The notes: generated from the sequence alone by a model not told the origin. 64,000 nt of DNA from Candidatus Poribacteria bacterium (GCA_965222805.1 CBDCUX010000005.1:444723-508722), one strand, 5' to 3'. Shown: positions 35,357 to 46,841, counted from the first letter of the stretch. A program made the numbers and translations.

Positions 35357-37024
35357 ATGCAAAACCACGACATCCGCATCCAGTTAGATCTCAAAATCCC
35401 CATGCGCGATGGTGTCCGGCTCTACGGTGCCTTGTACCGCCCCTCTACAGGCGATAAGTTTCCCGTGCTCCTTATCAGATCCCCCTACAGCACCCAACAC
35501 CCGCGTTATGTGGATTGGGCGGTGCGTTTCGCACAAAGTGGCTACGCAGTGGTGATGCAGGACTCCCGTGGACGCTACGATTCGGAGGGGGTGTGGCGAC
35601 CATACATCGACGAAACCAACGATGGCTACGACACACAACAGTGGCTGGGTGCCCAACCGTGGTGCGACGGAAATATCGGAACCTTCGGTGTTTCCTATCC
35701 CGGATTTACACAGATTCTGCCAGCGGCTCTCCGGAGTCCTTACGTCAAGGGGCTCGTCCCGATCGCCAACCAAGAAGACAATTACGGTCACATGCGGTAT
35801 AACGGCGTCCTGCAGCTCCAGAACGCCATGAACTTCATCTGGCTTGGTGACCGCACAAACCAGAACGCACCGAGAGATCTCATTGATTGGGAGGAGGTCT
35901 ACCGGCGGCTGCCGCTGATTTCCGCCCTTGATAACATCGGCGATCGTCCATTCTATCGAGAGGTGATTCGACACAACGCCTTTGACGATTTCTGGAAATC
36001 CTACAGCATGAAGTATAGGTACGCTGAAGTCGAAACGCCTGCATATTTTATCACCGGATGGTACGATAACCTCGTTCACGAAGGCTTCAAGTGTTTCACC
36101 GGTTGGAGGACACACGCCCGGACGCCGGAAGCCAGAAACCAGACAAAACTGCTGGTGGGTCCATGGACACATTCCGGAATCGGCAGTGCCGAACCGTACG
36201 GTGATATCGATTTTGGACCAAACGCAGCGATGGATATTCCGGGAGCTCATCTGCGTTGGTATGATCAACGGCTAAAAGGAATTGACACCGGCATCGACGC
36301 CGAACCGCCCATCCGAATCTTCGTCATGGGAGAAAACGTCTGGCGTGATGAGCATGAATGGCCCCCAGCACGAACACGATACACCAAGTTTTACCTACAT
36401 AGCGGCGGACGAGCAAACTCCCTCCACGGCAACGGTGAACTAACGGTTCAACCCCCACAGGATGAGCCAATAGATTCCTTCGCCTACGATCCCGAAAATC
36501 CCGTCCCCACCGTGGGCGGCCAGAGCATGTTTATTGATAACACCGGTCCCAAGGACCGGCGATCTGTGGAACGCAGAGATGATGTATTGGTCTATTCAAC
36601 ACCCCCGCTCACCGAGGATCTGGAAGTTACAGGACAGATTGAATTGACACTCTATGCTGCCTCTAGTGCACCCGATACCGACTTCACCGCGACGCTTGTT
36701 GATGTCCATCCGGGAGGGAAAGCGATTAATATCTGCGAAGGCATTGTGCGAGCACGATTCCGCGAGTCCTATGAAGAGCCAACGTTGATTGAACCCGATG
36801 CTATCTATGGGTACCAGATTGTACTCTGGGAGACAAGCAACCTTTTCAAGGCGGGGCATCAAATTCGCGTCGAAGTTTCTAGCAGTAACTTCCCGCGCTT
36901 TGACCGGAACCAGAACACCGGTCACACACCGGGGGTGGACGCCGAAATGCAGGTAGCACACCAAACAATCTATCACAACGCACAACATCCCTCTCATATC
37001 ACATTACCGGTGATCCCAAGATGA
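35357..37024 (+). CDS. CocE/NonD family hydrolase (X-Pro dipeptidyl-peptidase S15-like)
   Basis: PMRDGVRLYGALYRP, PVLLIRSPY, NIGTFGVSYPGF (nucleophile elbow) and C-terminal jelly-roll motifs are present. The antisense 294-aa ORF is rejected. Confidence 0.85.
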   Translation: MQNHDIRIQLDLKIPMRDGVRLYGALYRPSTGDKFPVLLIRSPYSTQHPRYVDWAVRFAQSGYAVVMQDSRGRYDSEGVWRPYIDETNDGYDTQQWLGAQPWCDGNIGTFGVSYPGFTQILPAALRSPYVKGLVPIANQEDNYGHMRYNGVLQLQNAMNFIWLGDRTNQNAPRDLIDWEEVYRRLPLISALDNIGDRPFYREVIRHNAFDDFWKSYSMKYRYAEVETPAYFITGWYDNLVHEGFKCFTGWRTHARTPEARNQTKLLVGPWTHSGIGSAEPYGDIDFGPNAAMDIPGAHLRWYDQRLKGIDTGIDAEPPIRIFVMGENVWRDEHEWPPARTRYTKFYLHSGGRANSLHGNGELTVQPPQDEPIDSFAYDPENPVPTVGGQSMFIDNTGPKDRRSVERRDDVLVYSTPPLTEDLEVTGQIELTLYAASSAPDTDFTATLVDVHPGGKAINICEGIVRARFRESYEEPTLIEPDAIYGYQIVLWETSNLFKAGHQIRVEVSSSNFPRFDRNQNTGHTPGVDAEMQVAHQTIYHNAQHPSHITLPVIPR

Positions 37025-39123
37025 CGACCAACCAGAACACATTGCGAATTGGTGCGGATGTCGGAGGCACCTTCACTGATGTCGTCCTAATCAACGCTAG
37101 CGGAAACCTCTGGACCCACAAAGTCCCCTCAACACCACCTAACTTCGAGCAAGCGGTACTGAACGCAATCGAGCATCTGCTGCGCACAACCGATGCCGCG
37201 GGAACAACCGTCAGCGAAGTCGCGCACGGCACGACGGTAGCAACCAATGCCGTTTTGGAGAAACGTGGCGCGAAAACCGCGCTGATCACCACCAAAGGCT
37301 TCCGAGATGTTCTTGAACTGAGGCGCATTCGTGCCCCCCAGATGTACGACCTGTTCTTTGAAAAGCCTCAAACACTTGTCGATCGCTACCTGCGCTTTGA
37401 AATCACAGAACGCATCTCTGCGTCCGGCGAGGTGCTAATCCCACTAGCGGAGTCAGAACTGTGGCATCTCAAAGAAGAGTTAGAGAAAGAGGAGGTTGAA
37501 TCTATAGCGGTCTGTACTCTCCACGCCTACGCCTTCCCGCAGCACGAAAACGCTATCGGCGACTTCCTGAGATCGCACCTGCCAGCTATCCCGGTCTCTC
37601 TCTCATCTGAAGTCCTGCCCGAACGTAAAGAGTACGAACGCACCGCCACCACTGTCGTCAATGCTTACGTCCGTCCCGTTATGCAGCACTATTTGAACGC
37701 AATGCGTAGCGGCTTGGGGACGATGGGAATTGAAGCGCCGCTGCTGATGATGCAATCAGCGGGCGGCTTAACGCCAGAGGCAGACGCTGCACGGCTGCCG
37801 GTCTTTGTCTTGGAATCAGGACCCGCTGCCGGTGTGCTAGCGGCCGGATTCACGGCACAACGGCTGGGAATAGATAACCTAATTACACTCGATATGGGAG
37901 GTACCACCGCTAAAGCCTCCATGATTGAAAACAGTGCAGTGGCTTACAGTTCAGAATACGAGGTTGGTGCTTCGATTTCGATGGGAAATCGACTGGTCGG
38001 CGGGGGTGGAGAACTCATTCGTGCTCCGAGTATTGACATCGCTGAAGTCGGATCCGGCGGCGGCAGCATCGCATATCTCGATGGTGCGGGAGGCTTACGC
38101 GTCGGGCCCCGTAGTGCAGGCGCGGTGCCGGGACCTGCTTGTTATCAACGCGGCGGTGTCGAACCGACCGTCACCGATGCCAATGTAGTGTTAGGTTACA
38201 TTCGGCCCGGAGAGTTGGCTGATGGAGAGGTCAGCATTGATATTGAAGCCGCACAACGAGCGATACACGACCAAATCGCCGTACCCCTCGGAATGGACCT
38301 GCTTCAAGCGGCGGAGGGGATTCACCGGATTGCCAATGCTCGCACTATGCGGGCACTACGCGCTGTTTCCACCGAGCGCGGACGCGATCCACGGGAGTTT
38401 GTCCTGATGGCTTTTGGTGGCTCTGGCCCAATTCACGCAGCGGGACTGGCAAATGAACTTTTGATTCGTCAGATTATCGTGCCGCCGCTGCCCGGTCTAT
38501 TTAGCACCTTGGGCTTACTCTTTTCCGGTGTCGAGCATCACGATGTCCGCAGCTGTCTGCTCTCCGGCGAAACACTTGATGCAAGAACCTTGGAACAGAT
38601 TAAGGCGGAGATGCAGCACAATATGCTCGCCCAATTCGAGGCCGAAGGCTATCCCGCCAATCAAGTGACGCTGAGCTGCAGCGTTGACATACGTTTTAAG
38701 GGGCAAGCCTCAGAGATACGCATTGCAGTAACAGATGAGAGCTTCACCGAAACGACGGTGCAGACACTCTACGCAACCTTTGAGACAGAACACGAACGAC
38801 TGTATGGACACAAATCTGATCCCGATAACCCGGTCGAGGTCGTGGCAGTCCGATTGATCGGGCAGGCAGGCATACGTGGGCAACAGGGCGTGCTTAATCC
38901 GGCGGAACGTCTTGGGGAGCGTGCATTGAGTCGAGAGGCTTATTTCGGTGCATCATGGGGAACAATCGATACCCCCGTCATCTCACGCCACGGTTTGGGA
39001 GAGGAAGGCACAACTGGTCCCTTGCTCATTGATGAATACGATTCAACCATCGTTGTTCCACCTGACTATCGCGGACATCTGGATAGAGACGGAAATATTC
39101 TTATGAACCCCGTAACTGAGTGA
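37021..39123 (+). CDS. Hydantoinase/oxoprolinase family protein (HyuA-type, A subunit)
   Basis: IGADVGGTFTDVVL, AHGTTVATNAVLE.RGAKTALITTKGFRDVLE.RR and DMGGTTAK are present. It overlaps the upstream gene by ATGA. Confidence 0.85.
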   Translation: MTTNQNTLRIGADVGGTFTDVVLINASGNLWTHKVPSTPPNFEQAVLNAIEHLLRTTDAAGTTVSEVAHGTTVATNAVLEKRGAKTALITTKGFRDVLELRRIRAPQMYDLFFEKPQTLVDRYLRFEITERISASGEVLIPLAESELWHLKEELEKEEVESIAVCTLHAYAFPQHENAIGDFLRSHLPAIPVSLSSEVLPERKEYERTATTVVNAYVRPVMQHYLNAMRSGLGTMGIEAPLLMMQSAGGLTPEADAARLPVFVLESGPAAGVLAAGFTAQRLGIDNLITLDMGGTTAKASMIENSAVAYSSEYEVGASISMGNRLVGGGGELIRAPSIDIAEVGSGGGSIAYLDGAGGLRVGPRSAGAVPGPACYQRGGVEPTVTDANVVLGYIRPGELADGEVSIDIEAAQRAIHDQIAVPLGMDLLQAAEGIHRIANARTMRALRAVSTERGRDPREFVLMAFGGSGPIHAAGLANELLIRQIIVPPLPGLFSTLGLLFSGVEHHDVRSCLLSGETLDARTLEQIKAEMQHNMLAQFEAEGYPANQVTLSCSVDIRFKGQASEIRIAVTDESFTETTVQTLYATFETEHERLYGHKSDPDNPVEVVAVRLIGQAGIRGQQGVLNPAERLGERALSREAYFGASWGTIDTPVISRHGLGEEGTTGPLLIDEYDSTIVVPPDYRGHLDRDGNILMNPVTE

Positions 39124-39287
39124 TATGGAATCGTTGTACATTGAGTTTATTGGTCTAATAACTTTTGATGCAAATTGGTGAGGATGTTGTTGCCACATCG
39201 TTCAAGGATTCATTGGTTCAGAAGTTCATTCGTTCATTGTCCTGTTTTCTGGTCTTCACGCTTCACCTTTCACGTACGGAGGCATTT

Positions 39288-39833
39288 ATGCAAATCAAAA
39301 TTAGCCAAGCAGCCCTCACCCTCGTACAAGGAGATATTACAAAGGAACAGGTTGATGCGATTGTCAACGCTGCCAACGAGCAACTCATGGGCGGTGGCGG
39401 TGTTGACGGCGCTATTCACCGTGCCGGGGGACCGGCAATTATGGCGGAATGTAACGAAATCCGTGCCGAACAGGGCGGTTGTCCAACGGGGAGTGCAGTC
39501 ATCACGACGGGCGGAAATCTCCCCGCGAAGCAGGTCATCCATACCGTGGGACCGATCTGGCGGGGCGGAAATGCCGGCGAACCCAACCTCCTCGCCAGTT
39601 GTTACCGGGAGAGCTTAAGTCTAGCGCTAGAACACAGCATCAAGACAGTTGCGTTCCCATCGATCAGCACGGGCATCTACGGTTACCCGATTGACAAAGC
39701 AGCCACCGCCGCCCTCAATGCGGTGAAGGAATTTCTAGAAGGACATGACCAAATCGAAGAGGTGCGTTTCGTCCTCTTTGACGATGTGACCTATGCCGGT
39801 TATGAGAACGCGCTCTCGGAGATGAATGCGTAG
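39288..39833 (+). CDS. Macro domain protein (O-acetyl-ADP-ribose deacetylase, YmdB-like)
   Basis: [36 protein letters not shown] and [13 protein letters not shown] are present. ATG 39288 follows GGAGG. Confidence 0.88.
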   Translation: MQIKISQAALTLVQGDITKEQVDAIVNAANEQLMGGGGVDGAIHRAGGPAIMAECNEIRAEQGGCPTGSAVITTGGNLPAKQVIHTVGPIWRGGNAGEPNLLASCYRESLSLALEHSIKTVAFPSISTGIYGYPIDKAATAALNAVKEFLEGHDQIEEVRFVLFDDVTYAGYENALSEMNA

Positions 39834-39853
39834 CGCATGTCAGGCCTCATTCT

Positions 39854-40921
39854 ATGTCAAATCAAAAACTCCCCTTATTCCCAACCACCGTTGTGGGCAG
39901 CATGCCACGATCCGATTTTGTCCGCGATCTACTTGCACTAGAAAATGAGCCCCAACGATCTGAAGCCGAAACGCAAAAAGAGATGGACGCCGCCGTGCGA
40001 TACATCATCGCAGTACAGGAAGCCGCTGGGATCGACATCATCTCCGATGGTGAGTGGCGGCGGCGCTCCTATATCGGCGTGATTGCAGACATCGCAAGCG
40101 GATTCGAGCTGAGTATGCACGACGGGCTGCACTGGACAACCGCTGTTAATAAAATACGCCCCAAGCAACCGGGGGCTATCGCGGCAGAGGCAGTATTCCT
40201 GGGGCAGCACACCGATCGATTGACAAAGATATGTCTCCCATCTCCATATCTATTGGGACAGCGGATGTGGGACCCTGAAAAATCGCGGGATGCCTACCCG
40301 ACACGTGAGTCATTCATGTATGATCTCGTCGATATTCTGCGAAATGAGCTTATCGCGGTCAGAGATGCTGGGGCGACAGTCGCCCAGTTTGACGACCCAC
40401 ATCTGTGCCTCTTTGTCGATGAATCCGTCAGAGCGAGCTATGAAAATCCTGAACGCGAGATAGATTTGTGCGTCGATCTGCTGAATCAGATTATTGATGG
40501 TGTTGACGGGATTGAGATTGCCATCCACCTCTGCCGCCGCAATAAAGGGCGTGACGGCTGGGTTGGTGAAGGGGGATATGAGCCGATCTTGCCCTACCTA
40601 AAACGGCTCAAAGTCGATCAGTACCTGATGGAGTTCACGATTCCAGTTGCCGGCGACCTAGCAGTGTTGAAGGAGATCCCCGAAGATAAAACCGTTGGTC
40701 TCGGATGCGTCGATTGTCGAGCCGAACATATTGACACGCCTGAAGAGATTGTTGCACGGGTTGAAAGCGCACTTCGGCACCTGCCCCCTGAACGTATTAC
40801 CCTGAATCCAGACTGCGGATTTGCGCCCGGCAGTGCCGCAGAAATTCCTATCGACGAGGCATACCAGAAGCTCAAAAACGAAGCGAAAGCAGCAGAAATT
40901 CTTCGAGAAAGGTACGGATAG
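39854..40921 (+). CDS. Cobalamin-independent methionine synthase catalytic-domain (MetE C-terminal-like) family protein
   Basis: FPTTVVGSMPR, ISDGEWRR, FDDPHL and PDCGF are Meth_synt_2-type motifs. At 355 aa it is the stand-alone short form. Confidence 0.7.
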   Translation: MSNQKLPLFPTTVVGSMPRSDFVRDLLALENEPQRSEAETQKEMDAAVRYIIAVQEAAGIDIISDGEWRRRSYIGVIADIASGFELSMHDGLHWTTAVNKIRPKQPGAIAAEAVFLGQHTDRLTKICLPSPYLLGQRMWDPEKSRDAYPTRESFMYDLVDILRNELIAVRDAGATVAQFDDPHLCLFVDESVRASYENPEREIDLCVDLLNQIIDGVDGIEIAIHLCRRNKGRDGWVGEGGYEPILPYLKRLKVDQYLMEFTIPVAGDLAVLKEIPEDKTVGLGCVDCRAEHIDTPEEIVARVESALRHLPPERITLNPDCGFAPGSAAEIPIDEAYQKLKNEAKAAEILRERYG

Positions 40922-40934
40922 CGAAAACGCGATT

Positions 40935-42137
40935 ATGCAGAATTTACCAGAGCAACCGTTTACACGGCGATCGCTCATCCTGCCGATCTATTTCCCTGCC
41001 TTTCTACTTTCCGTCGGCGGTGGCCTCCTCATCCCAATCTTCCCTGAGTACGCAAAATCTTTTAATCCCTCTTACAGCCTGATGGGGTTAGTCCTTGGTA
41101 TGCAAGGCGTCGGTGTATTGATTGCGGATGTACCTGCCGGCATCTTAATTGAACGAACGGGCCGCAAATCGTCGATGCTAATCGGAGCCGCCGTGGTGGG
41201 ATTATCTACTGTCGGTGTCGGCCTTGCCCATACCGTCCTCGAACTGCTTATCTACCAACTTATCGCGGGAGTCGGCAGCGCCCTATGGACCATTGCCCGA
41301 TATACCTATTTGACGGATGCCGTCCCAGTCGCTGAACGTGGCAGATCGCTCGCAATGTTTGGAGGAGTGAGTCGAATCGGCACTTTTTTAGGACCTGCTA
41401 TGGGTGGCTTCATTGGTAAACATTACGGCTTGAGTGCGCCGTTCTTTGCCTGCGCAGCGATTATGGGGGTCAACTTCCTGTTCTGCCTGCTCTTCATCCA
41501 CGAAACAAAACGCCCCTCAGTAGTAGGCCCCCGTCGATTGCACCTGAAACAGTTCATCGACATATTGAAGGCACACTACCGCGCGTTACTCACGGCTGGA
41601 TTGGGACAGATTTGCGTCCAAACCCTCCGAGCGGGACGCCGGATTATTATCATTCTTTATGGACGCGATGTCATAGGGCTAGACCGTCAGACAGTGGGGT
41701 TAATCTTCAGTCTCTCCTCATTTATCGATATGGTCATGTTTCCGGTGGCGGGATTTATTATGGATCGGTTTGGCAGGAAATACGCCATCGTTCCCTGTTT
41801 CTTCATTTTCGCAACAGGAATGGCGATGGTGCCCTTTACAGGCAGCTACCTATCCTTATTGATTGCAGGCATTGTGATGGGACTGGGTAACGGACTCGGT
41901 TCGGGCACAATGATGACAACAGGAGCTGATCTTGCCCCACGCGAGGGTACAGGCGAGTTCCTTGCGGTCTGGCGACTCATCGGTGATGTCGGTCACGCAA
42001 CAGGTCCTTGGATTGTCGGTGAGATTGCAGATGTATCGGGATTGGGGCTCTCCGCTGTCGCTCTAGCAGGGGTCGGGTATATGGCAGTAGCGATTTTTCT
42101 CTGGTTGGTGCCGGAAACCTCACGGCAACGCAAATAA
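40935..42137 (+). CDS. MFS transporter
   Basis: About 12 hydrophobic segments. The MFS loop motif is G.L.ERTGRK, and a second half-repeat is DRFGRK. Confidence 0.8.
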   Translation: MQNLPEQPFTRRSLILPIYFPAFLLSVGGGLLIPIFPEYAKSFNPSYSLMGLVLGMQGVGVLIADVPAGILIERTGRKSSMLIGAAVVGLSTVGVGLAHTVLELLIYQLIAGVGSALWTIARYTYLTDAVPVAERGRSLAMFGGVSRIGTFLGPAMGGFIGKHYGLSAPFFACAAIMGVNFLFCLLFIHETKRPSVVGPRRLHLKQFIDILKAHYRALLTAGLGQICVQTLRAGRRIIIILYGRDVIGLDRQTVGLIFSLSSFIDMVMFPVAGFIMDRFGRKYAIVPCFFIFATGMAMVPFTGSYLSLLIAGIVMGLGNGLGSGTMMTTGADLAPREGTGEFLAVWRLIGDVGHATGPWIVGEIADVSGLGLSAVALAGVGYMAVAIFLWLVPETSRQRK

Positions 42138-42153
42138 AACAATGCGCTGCCAT

Positions 42154-43722
42154 TTATTCATCAGTGCCCATCATGAAGTCCGACACTCGTTCTCCGATAA
42201 CCATAGTAGTCACGTTGGTATTCGCACGGATACAGTCGGGCATAATCGAAGCATCTGCCACCCGCAGCCCTTCGACTCCGTAGACTTTACCGTACTGATC
42301 AACCACAGCCATTGGATCGGAGTCGGGCCCCATCTTGCAGGTCGATGAAATATGGTGACTGGTAGCCACTTGGCGCAGAAGCCATTCGTCCAAGGCTTTG
42401 TCCGTTGCCAAATCAGCGTCCGTCGGTGCAAGCCGTTCCGCGACCAACGCTTTGAAGGCATCGTGTTCAAGTAAATCAATGAGGATACGCACAGACTCGC
42501 GCAGTCGTTCGCGGTCAAAGGACTCCGTCAGGTAGTTATAATCTAAGGCGGGTTGTTGATGCGGATCGGAAGACGTGAGCCGAATTTCGCCCGCACCGAC
42601 AGCAAGATATATACAAGCGGCAATGTGAAATCCTAAAGGCACCGAGTCGGATTCGACAAGATAGCCCTCCTCGGTGGCAAAAGCGGTTGGGAGGAGAAAC
42701 ATGTCATTGCGAAGATCAGAACCCTGCGCCGTGTATCGGAGCCCAATTTGAAGCCGTGGCTCTGTGCCATCGGGCAGAAATTCCTCCTTTACCCTCAACG
42801 TCACCGACACCTGCGGATGATCTCTCAGATTCTGCCCAACACCCGGTAGGTGGTGCACCAAGGGGATGCCAACTGCCTTAAGATGATCAGCGGGCCCAAT
42901 ACCCGAAAGCATGAGGATATGCGGCGAACCGATAGAGCCACCACATAAAACGACTTCCTCACCATAGACATCGGACATCTCGCCGCCGCTCTCGACCCGG
43001 ACACCAACAGCCCGTTTACCCTCAAAGAGGAGACGGTGTACCAAGCAGTCCGCTTTAATGGTAAGGTTCAACCGATGACGCGCAGGATTTAGGTAGCCAA
43101 TCGCCGTGCTCCAGCGGATGCCGTCCGGATTGTTGAGTGCGAGCGTACCCACACCCGTAGAGTCCGGGTCGTTGTGGTCGGGGCAATCCGGATAGCCAGC
43201 ATCCCGACTAGCGTCGTAGAAAGCCGCCTGTTCAGGATTCAACTCCTCGTATGTATGCCGCCGAGCACGAATGGGCCCCGCGTTCCCGTGATAGGAATCA
43301 CTATAGTCGGGATCTGCCTCATTCCTCCGAAAGCAAGGCAGCAATTCCTCGTAACTCCACTTGTCGTTACCCAAGGATGCCCAAGTATCATAGTCTTCAG
43401 GCACACCGCGGAGGAAAATCTGCGCGTTCACCGCACTTGAGCCGCCAATTATCTTACCTCGTGGAACAAACATGGTGGGGGCACTGTCGGTGGCACGGGC
43501 GGTGTAGCCCCAACCAAATTTGGTCGGACGACCAAAGGCGCGCGCCCAGATATTGCGGTCTTGGCCATAACCGTACTTGATTTCCTCTGGAAGTTGATCA
43601 AACTCTGGAAAGTCGGGACCCGCCTCCAGTAACAGGACAGATCTGCCCGGATCCTCGGAGAGTCGGGTCGCAAGTATCGCCCCAGCTGCCCCCGCTCCGA
43701 CGATGATTGTGTCGTATTGCAT
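42154..43722 (-). CDS. GMC family oxidoreductase (choline dehydrogenase-like)
   Basis: YDTIIVGAGAAGA is the FAD-binding fold motif. GGSSAVNAQIF and the C-terminal HISSTCKMG are also present. ATG 43722 follows GAGGAGGA. Confidence 0.88.
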   Translation of the reverse strand: MQYDTIIVGAGAAGAILATRLSEDPGRSVLLLEAGPDFPEFDQLPEEIKYGYGQDRNIWARAFGRPTKFGWGYTARATDSAPTMFVPRGKIIGGSSAVNAQIFLRGVPEDYDTWASLGNDKWSYEELLPCFRRNEADPDYSDSYHGNAGPIRARRHTYEELNPEQAAFYDASRDAGYPDCPDHNDPDSTGVGTLALNNPDGIRWSTAIGYLNPARHRLNLTIKADCLVHRLLFEGKRAVGVRVESGGEMSDVYGEEVVLCGGSIGSPHILMLSGIGPADHLKAVGIPLVHHLPGVGQNLRDHPQVSVTLRVKEEFLPDGTEPRLQIGLRYTAQGSDLRNDMFLLPTAFATEEGYLVESDSVPLGFHIAACIYLAVGAGEIRLTSSDPHQQPALDYNYLTESFDRERLRESVRILIDLLEHDAFKALVAERLAPTDADLATDKALDEWLLRQVATSHHISSTCKMGPDSDPMAVVDQYGKVYGVEGLRVADASIMPDCIRANTNVTTMVIGERVSDFMMGTDE

Positions 43723-43776
43723 TGTCATCCTCCTCAACAGAATTTGCTCTTAGAAGGCTGCTCTCTTAGCAGTGTA

Positions 43777-44658
43777 CTAGCACTCAGCCAAGGGACCACG
43801 CGTTTCCATTGCCATCGAGATCCGCTCGCTTCTGCCTCGCTCACTATCACAATGATAGAAGCGGACAGCACCATGGAAACGATCCACCCACTCAACGAGA
43901 TCCAACTCCACCTCCGCCGCCTGTCCCGGTACAAAAGGTTTACGAAAATAAATCGTGATCTCGCGGAACCGCAGCCGCCCAGCATCTCCGCCAACCTTGT
44001 GATACAGAAGTGCTAGGTAATCCTGCGCTTGGTTCATATACACACTCGTATTAATGTGACGGTAGATATCGGACCGGTCCATGTGGAAAACCAACGGCAG
44101 CCTGTCATGGAAGGATTGTCCATCGGCGGGTGCCCGGCAGCGGTATGACTCAATATCCCGGCTGACCAGATCCCTTTCGGTCACTTCGTGCTCCTTCAGA
44201 AACTTTAGCGCCTCCGGCACGTCGGTTGGTCTATGTTGACCCGGGGGAGCAAGTGGACGGGTTAGTGCCATCCAAAATTCAGCGCGTCCAACTTGCGGGT
44301 GAGAGTCGGCGTCTTTGTTGAACAATTCGCAGTTCATCGCCAGATGACCGCGCTTCAAGGTCCCGTTCTCGTCCCGTGTTGTCACCAGTCGTAACCGTGT
44401 TTCCTGCCGCAGCTTCGTCCCCAATGGACAGTGCACGCCGAAGGTCTCAAATCTCAGGATGTTATTAAGCGGAACGACCCCGTCGCCGCGTTTGGCATTA
44501 GGATTCCAGTGGGGACTGAGGGTACTGTGAATACCGGGACCGATTGTGCGACTCAGACTGGCTGTAATCAGCTCAGAATCCATATTGAGCATCCGCCACT
44601 CAACAACCTCGTCCGTAGTACCCTCTAGGAAATCCTGTGAACCCTTTTTCCGTGACAT
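43777..44658 (-). CDS. Hypothetical protein, possibly a double-hotdog thioesterase-like fold
   Basis: 293 aa from ATG 44658. The acyl-thioesterase-like resemblance is weak (YRHINTSVYMNQAQDY...). The assignment rests mostly on context next to BKACE. Confidence 0.35.
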   Translation of the reverse strand: MSRKKGSQDFLEGTTDEVVEWRMLNMDSELITASLSRTIGPGIHSTLSPHWNPNAKRGDGVVPLNNILRFETFGVHCPLGTKLRQETRLRLVTTRDENGTLKRGHLAMNCELFNKDADSHPQVGRAEFWMALTRPLAPPGQHRPTDVPEALKFLKEHEVTERDLVSRDIESYRCRAPADGQSFHDRLPLVFHMDRSDIYRHINTSVYMNQAQDYLALLYHKVGGDAGRLRFREITIYFRKPFVPGQAAEVELDLVEWVDRFHGAVRFYHCDSERGRSERISMAMETRGPLAEC

Positions 44659-44828
44659 CAGGTGAATCAACCTCTTTCTATGAGCGCAACCGTTCAGGTC
44701 CAAAACAAAGAGGAGGGAAAGATGGAAGGGCGGAAGGCCGGGAGTTTCCAATCTTCCAAACTTCCATTCGTTTATCTTCCAATCCCCCAATCTTCACACC
44801 TGAACGTTGACCTATGCACCAACCCCAA

Positions 44829-45650
44829 TCATATCCCAAGAATTTGACGGGCATCGCTAGGAGTGGCAACTTCGCCTTGTAGCTGCTCAACCAAATTTAC
44901 AGCGACCTCGACCATCTGGGCGTTACTTTTCAGCAGAACCCCTCTTCGGAGATAGATATTGTCTTCAAAGCCGACGCGAATATGACCCCCTAGAATGATG
45001 CCCATCGTAATCATCGGCAACTGTGTTCGACCAACACCCATAACGGACCAAGGGATACCGGGTGGCAGCAGGTTCTTCATGAACAGTAAATTATCCGGCG
45101 TCGCTTCGATACCCCAACCTGCCCCCATGCACAATTGGACAAACGGTGGATCCTCAAACAGTTCTTCGTTAATTAAATGCAGTGCCTGCCGCATGTGTCC
45201 GGCATCAAAGACCTCGATTTCGGGTTTGACACCCTGCTCGCGCATCCGTTGGGCTGCAGCTCGCCCCCACTCCGGCGGATTGAGAAACATCCAGTCTCCA
45301 AAGTTCATTGAGCCGACATCAAGGGAACAGATCTCCGGTTTTAGCGTAACAGGTTCAAGGCGTTCCTCAATGATGTTTTTTCCGGGTATATTCCCTCCGC
45401 TCGTTGTGAGATTGATCAGGATGTCGCACTCTTGGCGAATCCGATCCACAACCTCTGCGAAGAGCTCAAGCCTTGAACATACGATCCCCGTTTCGGGGTC
45501 GCGCACATGGATGTGTGTGATTGCCGCACCGGCTCGACTGCACTCAATCGCGGCTTGTGCAATATCCTTGGGCGTATACGGCACGGCAGGATTCATCTCC
45601 TTGGTGGGTCCCGATCCCACCACCGCCACCGAGATAATTGTTTTTGCCAT
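44829..45650 (-). CDS. 3-keto-5-aminohexanoate cleavage enzyme family (BKACE / DUF849)
   Basis: [53 protein letters not shown] is the canonical BKACE N-terminus. ATG 45650 follows GGAGGA. The antisense 249-aa ORF is rejected. Confidence 0.85.
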   Translation of the reverse strand: MAKTIISVAVVGSGPTKEMNPAVPYTPKDIAQAAIECSRAGAAITHIHVRDPETGIVCSRLELFAEVVDRIRQECDILINLTTSGGNIPGKNIIEERLEPVTLKPEICSLDVGSMNFGDWMFLNPPEWGRAAAQRMREQGVKPEIEVFDAGHMRQALHLINEELFEDPPFVQLCMGAGWGIEATPDNLLFMKNLLPPGIPWSVMGVGRTQLPMITMGIILGGHIRVGFEDNIYLRRGVLLKSNAQMVEVAVNLVEQLQGEVATPSDARQILGI

Positions 45651-46841
45651 AATCGGTTCCTCCAAAACATTGTGTAGAAGTCTTGAATACAATACCTCCA
45701 TACAGATTATGATTCCTTTAATAGTCTATCAATCTCCTCCTTGATGTGTCCCTGAACCGTCTGAACGAACTGCTCCGTGTTCATTCCCTCAAGTCGGGTT
45801 TCAAGTCCATGGGAGCCAAATCCAAACACGATACTATCCGTTGCATGGGCTTCTGGGTCATCAAAGTGGCGGGGTGTGGTTCCTCGTAGGGCGCTTGGGA
45901 GGTCATCTCCCTCCGTGCGGTATATGATAGGGTTTGCAAGAATAACCACCGGTAAATCGACCCCCATCTCCTCATGGGAGACTGCGGGATAACGCTTCAC
46001 TTGCATGTCACCCAATATCACAACGTCTTTCAATTCAGGTGCCCAAGTTGTCACCCGGTAAGTCTGTCCTGGCACAACCCACTCCTGTAGCTCCTGTCTT
46101 CTCGCAACGTATTCATGCCATTTCATCAGTTCCGGGAAATGCTCCGCGGGAAGGGAGCTCTCATCTTGGTATCTGGCAACGTTGCCTTCGGCACGGAGGT
46201 CGTTGAATACAGCGAACCAATGGGCATAGCCTCGGAGACCGCGGGAAAGTTGCATGACATCGTTATTTGGCGGTGCATGGGATGCGTCAACAATTACAAT
46301 ATGGGGCATCCCCTCACCAATCTCTCTGACGAATTCCCTCGGAAAAGCAGCGGGAACACTCAGTCTCGTAGAAGTACCGGAGCGGACGCGGTCATACCTG
46401 AGCGTGAACCCCTCTTTGAGATAAGCCTCAATAGGCTCGACAACCCACTGCCGCCCGTAACGATCATTACCCACCACCACGATATGCCTGCTGGTACGCG
46501 TGCGGAACCCTCTCAAAAATTTGAGAAACTCTGTTGCTTCGTATGCAGTTCGACCGACTTCTGCGAGGTGTTGTTCGCTTAAAAGGGATTCATCTGCGGC
46601 AACCGGCGGCAGCTCTTCAAGTTGGTTGAATAATTGGTACAGCTCTTCGTTCGATTTCGGCTGCGGGTATCGATTCTGGAGCTGATAGGTCAGCGGTTCC
46701 AAAACGCGCGTGTACTCGTAAGCGAATCGCCTAAATTCCAAATCCCGCTGCAAAATGTTGTTTATGTCGAATTGCCCGTTCCGTGTGTCCGCTCTGTACC
46801 GGTCAAGTTCGGCGAGAAGAGAGTCAAAATCCGAATCCTTT

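Noticed and set aside
35384-36268. A 294-aa minus-strand ORF lies inside the CocE/NonD hydrolase gene. Similar long antisense ORFs occur at 27014-27658, 44995-45744, 30970-31578, 32000-32668, 15094-15699, 17470-18102 and 1300-1830.
   Set aside because: Each lies entirely opposite a CDS with strong family motifs and has a low-complexity or Arg/Pro/Ser-rich composition. These are typical shadow ORFs.
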